From NCBI RefSeq assembly GCF_020745735.1, contig NC_083439.1, forward strand, positions 30,208,596 through 30,272,595: a stretch of 64,000 nt of DNA. Reading direction: 5' to 3'. A program made the position numbers and the translations under genes. The stretch comes from Hemiscyllium ocellatum. Taxonomy: Eukaryota. Position 1 is the stretch's first letter. Every line of letters begins with the position of its first letter. Positions 11,630 through 24,214 of the stretch are shown here, one piece after another. Below the pieces are notes generated by a model. It saw nothing but the letters and a program-made list of their open reading frames with translations. It was not told the DNA's origin and did no database searches.

Positions 11630-13420
11630 GACACCTACAGCACACAGAGGCCCTTCAGCCCAAACTGGTCCATGCCGACCACAATGTCCATCCATTTCCC
11701 TGTACACGGCCTTCTCAACCTTTTTTATGCGTGTTTTTGTCTAAATGCATTTTTGAATGTTGTTTATGTACCTGCCTCAATCACCTCTTCTGGCTTCTTC
11801 TTCCATATGCATCTCCCCCCTCCCCAACTGTGTGAAATCATTGTCCCTCGGGTTCCCTTTCATTCTTTCCCCTCTAACCTTAAACTGAAGTCCTCTAGTC
11901 CTTGAATCCTCCACACTGGGAAAAAGACGGAGTACATTCACCCCATCCATGCCTTTCATGATCTTGTACACTTCCATAAGAATTCACCATCTAACCCCCA
12001 CCCCGCCCCTCCCCCTCCCCCTCCCCCGAGTTTCCTTTGCTCCAAAGAAAAAAGTCCGAGCATGTCCGACCTCTCCCTCCAACTCAGACCCTGAGTCCTG
12101 GCAACATCCTTGTAAATTCCTTCTGCACTCTATCCTGTTTAATAGCATCTTTCCTGTAGCAAGGTGACCAAAACTGAACACAATACTCCAAGTGCAGCCT
12201 CAACAACATTCTGTACACCTGCAACATCACTTCCCAATGTCTGTACTCAGTGCCCTGACTGATGAAGGCCAGTGTGCCCATAGCCTTCTTCACTGCCCTA
12301 TCTACCTGTGACTCCACTTTCAGAGAACCATACACCTGAACTTCAAGGTCCCTCTGTTCCACTACACTCCTTAAGGTCAAACCATTCATCATGAAACTCC
12401 TACCTTGATGTGACTTTCCAAACTGTAACACCTCATACTGATCGACATTGAACTCCATTTGCAATTTCTCGGTGCACGTGCTCAGTTGGGAGAAAGTGAG
12501 GACTGTAGATGCTGGAGATCAGAGTCGGAAAGTGTGATGCTGTAAAGGTACAGTCAGTCAGGCAGCATCTGAGGAAAAAGAGAGACATCGTTTCAAGCGC
12601 AAGCTCTTCATCAGGAATGAGTGGGTGCCCCCAAGCGGGCTGAGATATAATTGGGATGGGGTGGGGCTGGGAGGAGGGGAAATAAGGAAACTGGTGAAAT
12701 CGACATGATCCAATGACATGAGATCATGGTAACCTCCTTCGCTGACAACTACACCTCCAATTTTGGTGTCATCTGCAAACTTACTAATGATACCTCCCAT
12801 GTTCACATCCAAATCATTTATACAAATGACAAAAAGCACCGATCCTTATGGCACACCACTGGTCACAGGCCTCCACTCTGAAAAACAATCCTCCACCACT
12901 ACCCTGTGTCTTTTACCTTCCAGCCAGTTCTGTATCCACATCCCTGTATACTATTAGATGTAACATTGCTAACCAGTCACTCATGAGGCACTTTGTTGAA
13001 TGCCTTGCCGAAGTCCATACAGATTACATCCACCATACTGCTCTCATCAATCCTCTGTATTACGTCTTCAAAAAAGTCAATCAATTTTATGAGAAATGAT
13101 TTCTCTCCCACAAAGCTATGCTGACTATCCCAAATCAGTCTTTGGCTTACCAAATACATGAAACTCATGTCCCTCAGGATTCCCTCCTATAACTTGCCCA
13201 CTACCGATGCCAAGCTCACTAGTCTGTAGTTCCCTGGCTTTTCCTGACCACCTTTCCTAAATAGTGACAACACATTAGCCAACCTCCAGTCTTCTAGTAC
13301 CTCAAACGTCGATGATAAAAATTTCTTAGCAAGAGGCCCATCAATTACTTCCTGAGCTTCCCACAGAGTTCCAGGGTACACCTGATCAGGCTGTAGGGAC
13401 TTATCCACATTTATGTTGAA
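11630..13420 (-). mobile_element. CR1 LINE 3' half (RT), with a nested Penelope tail ~12488-12720
   Basis: PGNYRLVSL, FADDTK, LEYCVQFWSP. Confidence 0.88.
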
Positions 13421-13449
13421 TCATCAAATCTCTACAGTGTGGAGATTTG

Positions 13450-13581
13450 AGTAAAAAATGAGGTCTGCAGATGCTGGAGATCACAGCTGCAAATGTGTTG
13501 CTGGTCAAAGCACAGCAGGCCAGGCAGCATCTCAGGAATAGAGAATTCGACGTTTCGAGCATAAGCCCTTCATCAGGAATT
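13450..13581 (-). mobile_element. 132-bp Penelope-derived insert with HHR, flanked by a 6-bp direct repeat
   Basis: GATTTG at 13444-13449 and 13582-13587; the insert is absent from the paralogous SINE at ~25970-25995. Confidence 0.75.
13545..13580 (-). ncRNA. Minimal type-I hammerhead ribozyme motif (Penelope-type)
   Basis: Minus strand reads AUUC-CUGAUGA-A-GGGC-UUAU-GCUC-GAAAC-GUC-GAAU: conserved core, 4-bp stem II, stem I AUUC/GAAU, and palindromic ACGU in place of stem III. Activity is untested. Confidence 0.7.
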
Positions 13582-14687
13582 GATTTGGCCCAATAAGTCC
13601 ACACTGACCTTTTGAAGAGTAACCCAGCCAAACCCATTCCCTTACCCTATTACTCTACATGTTCCCTGACTAATGCACTTATCTTATACAGCCCTGAACA
13701 CTAACAGTAATTTACCATGGCTAACCCACCTAACCTGCACATCTTTGTGACAGTGGGAGGAAACCAGAGCACCCAGAGTAAACCCACACAGACACAACGA
13801 GAATGTGCAAACTCCACACAGAGTGTCGCCTGAGACTGGAATCGAACCCATGTCCCTGGTACTGTGAGGCAGCAGTGCTAACCACTGTGCCCCCGTGCTG
13901 CCCTAGCGTCCCTTTTAGAATGAATGTAAAATTCTCTCAACACCCTGCGCCTGCATCTACCTATCATCATCCCAGCTATCTTCCTCCCCAATCTCTAACC
14001 TTCTATTTATCTCTCAGCCCCCTTTCCCAACCTATAATCCTGATGAAGTTCTTATACCCGAAACAGTGACTCTCCTGCTCCTCAGATGCTGCATGACCTG
14101 CTGTACTTTTCAGGGACCATATACTTTGACTGTGATCTCCAGAATCTGCAATCCTGACTTTCTCCCTCAACACCATCCCCCAACAAACTCCACCAGAGCA
14201 AGGTCAGCGTGGGACTCGATACATGGGCTTCCTCTGCTCATTTTCACTGAACAGAAACCTGTCTCTACACTTTTAAACTAAATGTACAGCTACACTGTCT
14301 GCATCAAATACTTTCAATCCAGTGACCTCACTGGGTTAGAAATGGAGTAATAGATTCTACTCTTTCCAAGGAAAGTGAAAGTAAAGCTCTCCCTGCATTG
14401 TCCCGATCAAACATTCCCCTGACAGGGACATGACAAGTTTAGATACAGAATAAAGCTTCTTCCATATTGCCTCCATCAAACACTTCCAGGGGGAGGTGTA
14501 ATATAAGGTCAATCCCTTTGTTCTGACCAAACCCCATCCTCAGACAATCTCTCTGTGGGTCTCACTGTCAGTCCCCTCAGGTGAGGGTGGACAGGACCCA
14601 GCAGACACCCTCCTGGATCAATGAGCTATGTTTGATGATTGTCTTCATGCGGCCTTCACCATGAGACCTTGTGGAGCTGAATTTAGT

Positions 14688-14869
14688 CAGGTGACAGCAC
14701 AGCAGCTCACAGACACTCCTATTGGTCCAAATGAAATAGGCCCTCCTGGTAATAACTCGATGAGTTCAGTCATTGGTGGACGTTTTAGAGATTGGGGCTG
14801 GTTGATTAGTTCAATGTTGCTGCTTCTGGTCACATTGGTGTCAGGTGAGTGCAGGTTGTGTGTATAAAA
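14688..14869 (+). promoter_or_regulatory. ZP3 copy 2 proximal promoter
   Basis: CAGGTG at 14688 and 14842; four ATTGG (one site mutated to ATTAG); TATAAAA at 14863-14869. Confidence 0.72.
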
Positions 14870-14914
14870 GGAGCTGGTTGGGGGTGTGTGGGGATGGTTG
14901 AGTTGTTTGTGATC

Positions 14915-17697
14915 ATGGGTGATTTTGTAGTGAGGGGTTTGTTCCCTTTCTTGGTGTTAGTTGGAGGTGTCTGCTGCTCTGAAACATGGCAACAGTTTCT
15001 GAGCCAGAGGTTTCCATGGACAATAGTGAGAGCCAGTCCTGTACCTGAGAGAGTACCTCCTTATGAGGGTCCTATTGCTTCCAGTTTCCGAATGTCTGAG
15101 GTTGGGAGTGTGTCCCCACTGCAGACTGTGATGGTGCAGTGTGGAGAGCACAACCTGCTGGTCAGGGCCCAGCTGGATTTATTTGGAACTGGGCACCTGA
15201 TTAAAGCTGCTGACCTGACCCTGGGGACAGCAGGTTGTCCCTCAACCAGGGTCTACCCTGAGAACCAGACTGTCCTCTTTGACTATGGGCTGCATGAGTG
15301 TGGTAGTAGATTGCAGGTAATGGGGGTTGTCTACTCTTGTGGGAAACTTGGGCTGTCCAGGTTTTCCTGGATGTGGTGATGTTGATATTGAGGAGGACTA
15401 GACTAAATTCTCATTGTCAGACTAAGTTCCTATCTTGGATTGTACTGTACCTGAACTGTTTTCCATTTCTAACCTTGTGCTCCTATTTTCATTGTGTAAT
15501 CAGAAGCCTCTAAACCATTGTTCTGTTAGAATGTACATTTTGTCAATATGAACTTGTCCTGTAGCTTAAACTGTTTTGATTTCATTCTGATTAATTGTTT
15601 TCTCTACTTTTCCTATCTTGTGCACCCTGTATATTATTGTCTCACATTGCTATTAATCTCTCCACATATTCTGCTTGTAATCTTTACTCACAATCTGAAA
15701 GTTTCATGATAACATCGGGAGATGATGGCCAAAGGATCCCTGCAGCCTCTTCCCTGTGATAACAATCACCATGTCCCTGTTCCCTCAATATTGATCTCTA
15801 ATTCTGCCTGAGACACCAATACCACCTTTCACCCAATGTTTGGATCAGGAATTCCCATCTTGACATCTACAATGATGTCACACCTTGTTAAATTGAACCT
15901 AAATGACTAACCCCTGACCTGTGACCTAGAGGTCTCTAGTAGTGGTCCCTTGTGCTCGGGGTGGGAAAGCAGTCTCCTGGCCCTGAAACTGTCACTTGCC
16001 CTAAAGAATTGTCCCAATGTGATGTTGTCATTGTGAACCCTGTGTAGATCCTTTATTTCAGATCAGTCCCTCATTCCTTACCCTGGTGTCTTCCAGATGA
16101 CTGGAGATTTCCTGATCTACACCACCCACCTGACCTACATCCCAAACTATCCTGGATCTGTCATTGTGAGAACAAATGGAGCTGTTGTTCCCATTGAATG
16201 TCGATATTTCAGGTGAGAATCTTTACTCGATTGTCAGTATGATCCCCTGCTGCTGTTGTCTGACACTATTCTAAAATGGCTGCCCTGTCTCCTTTTCCTG
16301 CCCTCAGGAAGGGCAATGTGAGCAGCAATCCCATCAAGCCCACATGGATCCCATTCAGCTCCACCAGGTCTGGAGAAGGGCATCTGTCATTCTCCCTGCG
16401 TCTAATGAATGGTATGTGATGGGTGACTAGGGAGGGATCTCCTAATGGCTCTCTGGGAGTTGTACCCATTGGTTCCAACCCTTGTCTTGCTGTACTTCAG
16501 ATGATTGGCTTACAGAGCGCACTTCCACTGTCTACTCCCTGGGAGACCTCATTCACATTGAGGCATCTGTTTCACTGGCCAACCATGTGTCCCTGAAGCT
16601 GTACATTGATCGCTGTGTAGCTACACTGAGCCCAGACAAGGACTCCACACCAAGATACAGCATCATTGACTACAATGGGTAAGGAGCTCTCTGCTTTCTC
16701 CAGCTGCTCCCATCTCAATGGCTTCACTCCATTCACTTCATGGCCCTTTGTCCATCTGCAGTTGCCTCCTGGACAGCAAAGCTGAGGACTCCTTTTCAAC
16801 CTTTGTGTTGCCGAGAGACGGGCAGGAGCCGGACAAGCTCCAGTTTGACCTGGATGCCTTCCGTTTCTATGGAGATGAGCGATCCTTGGTAAGAGGAAGC
16901 TGCTGATGGGTTTCTCCACATTGGGGAGGGAGTCACTAAACACTGACTTGTTCTGTGTCCCTCAGATATTCATCACCTGTCACCTGAGAGTTGCTGCAGT
17001 GGATCAAGGAGATTCCAGGAACAAAGCTTGTACTTTCCAGAAGCTGGAGCATATGTAAGTTCCCTCTCTCTGTCCCTCAGGGATGTTGTTGTTGGGAGAG
17101 GTGATGCACCATGTGGTTGATGTGCTGTTTCTCTTGTTTAGCTGGACCCCATTGGAGGGGTCAGACAGTGACATTTGTGCCTGTTGCCATGTGGGGAATT
17201 GTGGGAGCACAAGGGAGATCCTGATCCCTTTCAGAGAAAGGAGAGACCATGGTGCTGAAGCTGGTAGGACATTCATCCTCTAGATGTTCGGATTACCCCT
17301 CACTTTACCCCCCCGCTGCTGCCCATCCCCACCACCCCTTCCTGACTGGTATGTTTGTTGCAGAGAGTGAAGCTGGATTGAAGTGGGAGGGGGAGGCCTC
17401 ACTTGGCCCCCTGATCATTCTGGATACTGAGCTGACAAACCTGGCAACGCAGCCCCTGACTGAAGGTGACGGAAGGATTCAGGAGAGGTCTCCAAGCGGT
17501 GAGTTGTCTGCCTGCTAGTTTTCCTTTCTGTCCCGGTTTTCCCTCAGTAACCATTGGTTTCTCCTTGTTTTGTAGGTGTGGAGTCAGTGCTGGTTGTGAT
17601 GGTGGTCCTGACTGTGACAGCTGTTTGTCTGATCTCTGCTTCATTGCTGGCCTTCCTCCTGTACAGGAGACACAAGCAAACACCCATCAACTGGTGA
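14915..17697 (+). CDS. ZP3: ZP3-like glycoprotein, copy 2, intact, 9 exons, 464 aa
   Basis: Exons 14915-15316, 16097-16212, 16308-16411, 16501-16678, 16762-16888, 16966-17054, 17142-17263, 17364-17498, 17576-17697. Same exon lengths as copy 1, GT-AG introns, all 12 Cys kept, furin site RERR (17233-17244). About 14 aa differ from copy 1 by hand count. Confidence 0.93.
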
Positions 17698-17708
17698 TTG
17701 AAATAGTC

Positions 17709-17714
17709 AATAAA
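17709..17714 (+). terminator. Polyadenylation signal, copy 2
   Basis: AATAAA at the homologous position. Confidence 0.75.
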
Positions 17715-18299
17715 GCAGTGATTCATGGTGTCTGGAGCTGGTTTGTTTCTGCATCCTTTCTTAGTTTAAAATATTCTTGGGTACAATCCCTGGGTTGACC
17801 CTCTCCAGGCCATGAAGTGGCTTTCTGATTGATTGGGTTATGGAAGATTATTGTTTGCTCCTTCCAGTGAGTAGAGGGGATTGATGACCACCTTGGAAAG
17901 GGGCTTTCCATTCTGATTAAATCACTGTTTGCAGAATGTGCTGGAGTAACAGCTCTGTGGCATTGAGGGTGAAACTGCTGGTGTTTCTAGTCTGTTCTGA
18001 CACTTTGGCAATCCACTTGGGCATTTCTGAAATGTTACCATCTCCTGAGGTGCTGCCAGTCCTGTTTGTGAATTGTTCCCCCTCTGATTTCTGACCTCTA
18101 CAGTATTGGGATATCAAACAGATGGACTGGAAATTATCATACCCCTTAACCACAAAGCTGTGCTGGCAAGTCCTGTAGGGTTGTGGTCATTTGAATGAAT
18201 AGAAATGTAATTTTGAATATTGATAGCCTAATCTTCTGGTAAGAGTTGAAGTTATTAAACTCTTCACTCTAGAAAGGGTATGTATTTTAAGACATCAAC

Positions 18300-19010
18300 C
18301 ACAACCTCTAATTGGGCTTATCCAAGATATCATCATCCACATCCCACCCCTTCCATGCACTCCCAGGTAAACACTGAACTGTTCACCCTCATGGAAACAC
18401 AAGCTGGTACTGGTTCACTACTCCATCTAATGAAGGAACAAGTGTGTAATGGTGCCAGTGCAGCAGCACATGTCAGCTCCATGCAGGTGTGAATGGCTAT
18501 CCCTTTGCTCTGACAGTTGTTCCACCAACTTGTGGAATACCTCTGGGTCACCAATCACCCCACCACCCTGTGGCTGCACTCTCAAACTTCCCCCTTCACC
18601 CTCTAAGAACATGCAAGTCCTGGGCTGTTTTGGCCACCAAGTTCTAGCCACCTGCAACTAGAGGAAGAACATATCATCTTCCACCTTTAGGACCCTCCAA
18701 CCTGATGAGATCAATGTGGACTTTACCAGTTCTGGTCTTGCTCCCCATCCCAGATCCAACTTTATAACTCAGCACAGTCCAACATCTCTACCTTCCTTCC
18801 CACCTATCACCAGCTGTCCTGGCCTTCATCTCCCTGTTGTATTCCTAGCTGCCTTTCACCCAGCCCCACTCCCTTCCACATATCTATCAACTGCCTTGGA
18901 GCCTTCTCCCACATTCCCCATAGATGTTGTCTGTTCCTTGGATGCTGCCTGACTGTCTGTGCTTTTCCAGCACCATGTGGTTTGGTTCTGCAGTTCTCAC
19001 TTTCTCCCTG
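18300..19010 (+). mobile_element. Penelope-like remnant (paralog of 5640-6345)
   Basis: Near-identical sequence; RTLQPDEINVDFTS. Confidence 0.7.
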
Positions 19011-19726
19011 GCCCAATAGTCATATCCAATAAACCCCCTCCCCATCTTCACTAATGGTAATCTCAGACAACCCAGTCTTTCTTACTCTTCCTGCTATTGG
19101 AGTTTTGCCTCCATTCCCCCACCTGCCCAGTTTTTATCTGTCAATGGGGAGGAGGTAAAAAAACTCCCATTTCTAGGCTCCAGCAGCTGCTGAAAGCTAA
19201 ATCTAGTAATTCTACTTCTGCAGGCTGGATTGCACCCATTCAGGCTGCTTCTATTGTTCCAATTTCTTAAACAAACCCCAAGGCCTCATAAGCTGTTTAC
19301 GTTACTGGTTTCTAATAGAGAGCTCCCTGCCTTTGCCTCCAAGTATCTTTCAAAAAAAGCTAGGGCAAAATGTAATTCTAAAAATGACAGTACTGTCACA
19401 TGCTGAAGACTCTGGAAGGGACTCACTGTCGGGGTTAAAACTAAGATGCTGCCCTGGCTGGGAATCTGAAGCAAGCCACAAAATGTTGGGGAAAAAACAA
19501 GGTGGTCTGGCAGCATTTGAGAGATCCTGCTAAACTTTCAAAAGTCATACCCAACACAAAACATTAAACTATATTTCCACAGACTCTAAGATTTCTCTTG
19601 CATTCTCACCGGGCAGCATAGCAGTGCAGTGGTTAGCACTGCTGCATCATCGCACCAAGGACCTGCGTTCGATCCCAACCTTAGTGTGGAACTATTGCTC
19701 TATCTGTGTGGAATTTCTCCCACAAT

Positions 19727-22526
19727 ACACTGCCTAAATGGAAGGGAGATGAGCTCAGGGTGCGGTTAGGAACATGTGGCTGGGATACCACACCAATTAC
19801 AGAAACATGGCTCAGCGATGGATAGGACTGGCAGCTTGAAGTTCCGGGATACAAATGTGTCAGGACGGAAGGCAAGAGAGGAGGGGGAGCGATGTTTTTG
19901 ATGAGGGATATCATTGCAGCTGGATGGAGGGAGGATATTCTTGGAAATGCATCCAGGGAAGTTGTTTAGGTTGAACTGAGAAATAAGAAAGAGATGGTCA
20001 CTTCATTGGAATTGTATTATAGACCCCCTAGTCATCAGAGGGAAACTGAGAAACAAATTTGTAAGGAGATCTCAGTTATCTGTGAGAATAATAGAGTGGT
20101 TATGGTAAGGGATTTTAATTTTCCAAACATAGACTGGGACTGCCATAATGTTAAGGATTTAGCTGGAGAGGAATTTGTGAAGTGTGTACAAGAAAATTTG
20201 CTGATTCATTATGTCGATGAACCTACGAGAGAAGTTGCAAAAATTGACTACTCTTGGGAAATCAGTTGACTGAGGTGTCAGTGGGGGAGCATTTTGGGGC
20301 CAGCGACTGTAATTCTATTAGATTTAAAATAGTGATGGAAAAGGATAGAGCAGATCTAAAAGTTGAAGTTCCAAATTGACGAAAGGCCAATTTTGACAGT
20401 TTTCAGCAAGAACTTTCAAACACTGATTGGAGGCAGATGTTCGCAGGGGAAGGGACAGCTGGAAAATGGAAAGCCTTTAGAAATAAGATGAGAATCCAGA
20501 GAAAATATATTCGTGTTTGAGTGAAAGGAAAGGCTGGGAGGTGTAGGGAATGCTGTATATCTAAAGAAATTGAGGGTTTGGTTAAGAAAAAGAAGGAAGC
20601 ATATGTCAGGAATAGATAGGGTAGATCAATGAATCCTTCAAAGAGTATAAAGGAAGTAGGAATAAAGTTAAGAGGAAAATCAGCAGGGCAAAAAGGGGAC
20701 ATGAGACAGCTTTGGCAAATAGAGTCAAGGAGAATCCAAAGGGTTTTTACAAATACATAAAGGACAAAAGGGTAACTAAGGAGAGAACTGGGCCCCTCAA
20801 AAGAGAGCAAGACGACCTTTGTGTGGAGCCGCAGGAGATGGGGAAGATACTAAACGAATATTTTGCATCAGTATTTACTGTGGAAAAGAATCTAGGGAAA
20901 TAGGTGGTGACTTCTTGAAAAATGTCCACATTACAGAGGAGGAAGTGCTGCATGTCTTGAAATGCATAAAAGTGGATACATCACCAGGACCTCATCAGGT
21001 ATTCCCCAGAATTTTGTGGGAAGCCAGGGAAGTGATTGCTAGTCACCTTGTAACCTTGATAGTCACAGGTGAGATGCTGGTAGACTGGAGTTTGGCTAAC
21101 GTGGTGCCACTGTTTAAGAAAGGTGGTAAGGACAAGCCAGGGAACTATAGACCAGTGAACCTGATCTCGATGGTGGGCAAGTTGTTGAAGAGAATGCTGA
21201 GGGACAGGATGTACATATATTTGGAAAGGCAGCGGCTGATTAGGAAAAGTCAGCATGGCTTTGTGCGTGGGAAGTCATGTCTCACAAACTTGATTGAATT
21301 TTTTGAACAAGTAACAGAGGATTGATGAGGGCAGAGTGGTAGATGAGATCTAGATGGACTTCAGTAAGGCGTTCGACAAGGTTCCCCATGGGAGACTGAT
21401 TAACAAGGTTAGATCTTGTGGAATACAAGGAGAACTAGCCATTTGGATACAGAACTGGCTCAAAGGTAGAAGACAGAGGGTGGTGGTGGAGGGTTGATTT
21501 TGAGACTGGAGGCCTGTGACCAGTGGAGTGCCACAAGGATCAGTGGTGGGTCCATTACTTTTCATCATTTATATAAATGATTTGGGTGTCAGCATACGAG
21601 GTATAGTTAGTAATTTTGCAGATGACACCAAAATTGGAGGTGTAGTGGACATCGAAGAAGGTTACCTCAGAGTACAATGGGATCTTGATCAGATGGGCCA
21701 ATGGACTGAGAAGTGGCAGATGGAGTTTAATTTAGATAAATATGAGGTACTGCATTTTGGCAAAACAAGTTTTAATAGGACTTCTACACTTAATGGTAAG
21801 GTCCTAGGGAGTGTTACTGAACAGAGACCTTGGAGTCCAGGTTCATAGCTCCTTGAAAGTGGAGTCATAGGTGGATAGGATAGTGAAGAAGGTATTTGGT
21901 ATGCTTTCCTTTATTGGCCAGAGTATTGAGTACAGGAGTTGGGAGGTCATGTTGCAGCTGTACAGGACATTGGTTAGGCCACTGTTGGAATATTGCGTGC
22001 AATTCTGGTCTCCTTCCTATCGGAAAGATGTTGTGAAACATGAAAGGGATGAGAAAGGATTTACAAGGATATTGCCAGGTTTGGTGGATTTGAGCTATAG
22101 GGAGAGGTTGAACAGACTGGGGCTGTTTTCCCTGGACTGTTGGAGGCTGAGGGGCGACCTTATAGAGGTTTATAATATCATGAGATGCGTGGATAGGGTA
22201 AATAGACAAAGTCTTTTCCCTGGGGTGGGGGAGTCCAGAACTAGAGGGTGTAGGTATAGGGTGAGATGGGAAAGATATGAAGGAGACCTTAGCGACAACT
22301 GTTCCACACAGAAGGTGGAACGTGTATGGAACGAGCTGCCAGAGGACTTGGTGGAGGCTGGTACAATTGCAACTTTTAAAAAGCATCTGGATGGGTATAC
22401 AAATAGGAAGGGTTTGGAGGGATATGGGCTGGGAGCTGGCAGGTGATTGGGTTCGGATATTTGGTCGGTATGGACAAGTTGGACTGACGGGTCTGTTTCC
22501 ATGCTGTACATCTCTATGACTCTATG
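19727..22526 (+). mobile_element. CR1 LINE ORF2 remnant with intact 3' tail, nested in a SINE (head ~19612-19726, remainder ~22527-22706)
   Basis: APE and RT motifs ([19 protein letters not shown]); 3' end TCTCTATGACTCTATG. Confidence 0.92.
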
Positions 22527-22929
22527 TGCAGGTTAAGTTAACTGGCTATGCTAAATAGAACATGGTGTTCAGGGATGATTAGGTTAGGTGCATTAGTCAG
22601 GAGTAAATGTAGAGTAAGGGGATGGGTCTGGGTGGCTTACTTTTCAGAGGGTCAGTGTGGACTTGTTGGGCTGAATGGCTTGTTGCCACAGAGTACGGAT
22701 TCTATGTTAATTAAACTCCTGATTCCTTGACACTAATGGCTATCACTGAGCCATCTGTCTGAGGCTCAAGCTTCTGTCTACAGGTGGGTGGAACAAGTGG
22801 TATAATGGTATGTTGCTGAGACACGAATTCAGTGAGTTAGGTTAATCATCTGAGGCTGGGGGCTCAAATCTCGTTGTAGTCGCTGATGGATTTTTGTGTT
22901 CTATCTTTTTAGCAAATATCTAATCTCAG

Positions 22930-24210
22930 TAATTGTGAACGTGAAACTAATCTTTTATAACAGCCCATTTCGTTCACAATTCCCATCAGGGAAGGAAATC
23001 TACCATCTTGACCTGGTCTGGCCTAAATGTAACTCCAGACCCACAGCAATGTCGCTGATTCTGAAATAGCTGAGCAAACCAATCACATCAAGGGCAATTA
23101 GGGACAGGCAACAAATCCCAGCCACGACAGAGAAGCCACAAGATGTTAATAGTGAGGGATTGAGCAATGGCAATGTCATGGAGACTGTCATGATGTGATA
23201 GTGAGATTTTCCCTTGTTGCAGACTGTCATTGCCTGACAGTTGTGTGTTCTGAATGTGAATGTTGTTCAGGTCTTGCTGCATTTGAACAGGGACTGTTTC
23301 AGTATCTGTGATGTTGTCAATGGGGCTGAACATTGGGCAATCATCAGCAAATATCCTACTTGTGACATTCTGATGGAGGGTAGGTCTGTGATGGAACAGT
23401 TGACATGGTTGTGTCTAAGAGTATCTTGAGGAACTCTGGCAGAGATGTCCTGAGAATGTGGTGATTGAACATTGATAACCAGAGCCATCTTTCTTTGTGC
23501 TGAGCATGATTCCAACCAACAGAGGTTTTTCTAATCCCACTGAGTTCAATTTTCCTTGGGACTCTTTGGTAAATTGTTCCATCAAATTCTGCCTTGGTCT
23601 TAAAGCAGTCACCATCACTTACCTTCTTAATTCAGCTCTTTCACTCATTTGGACCAAGCTGCACTGAGATCAGGAGCTGGGTAATCCTGATGGAACACAG
23701 ACTGAGCATCAGTGACCAGGTTAGTGTGGAGGACATGTGCCTTGATAATACTGTTGACAAAACCTTCCATCACTTCACTTGTGACTGAGAGTGGATTGGT
23801 GGGGAAGGAATTGGCAAGGTTGGATTTATCCCACTTTTTGTCAACAGGTCACTATTGGGCAATTATCTCCATTTCCAGGTAGATGCTGCAGTTGTAGCTG
23901 TACTGGAACAGAATGGATAGGGACATGGCACGTTCAGGATTACAGCTCTTTCACCTTATTCCCACAGTGTTAGTCAGGGTGCATTGGCTTCACAGTATCC
24001 AATGACTACAGCTGTTTATTGATGTCACATGGAGTCAATAGTACTGACTGAAGACAGGTATCGGTGATTCTGGGGACTTCAATAGATTGTCCCATTGGAT
24101 CTTTCTGGCTGCAGACTTCTGCAAATGCTTTAGCCTTATCCTATGCGCTGGGCTCCCCTATCATTGAGGGTAGGGAAATTTGTGGAACCTCCTCCCCTTG
24201 GCAAATTGTT
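22930..24210 (-). mobile_element. Older CR1-clade fragment (paralog of 10340-11625)
   Basis: VPQDTL..ITDLPSIR. Confidence 0.72.
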
Positions 24211-24214
24211 CCGT

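Larger units (their letters stand above)
13425..13902 (-). mobile_element. HE1-like SINE (contains the HHR insert)
   Basis: A/B boxes and SINE core as at 961-1232, plus the 3' portion that is deleted in unit 1. Confidence 0.82.
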
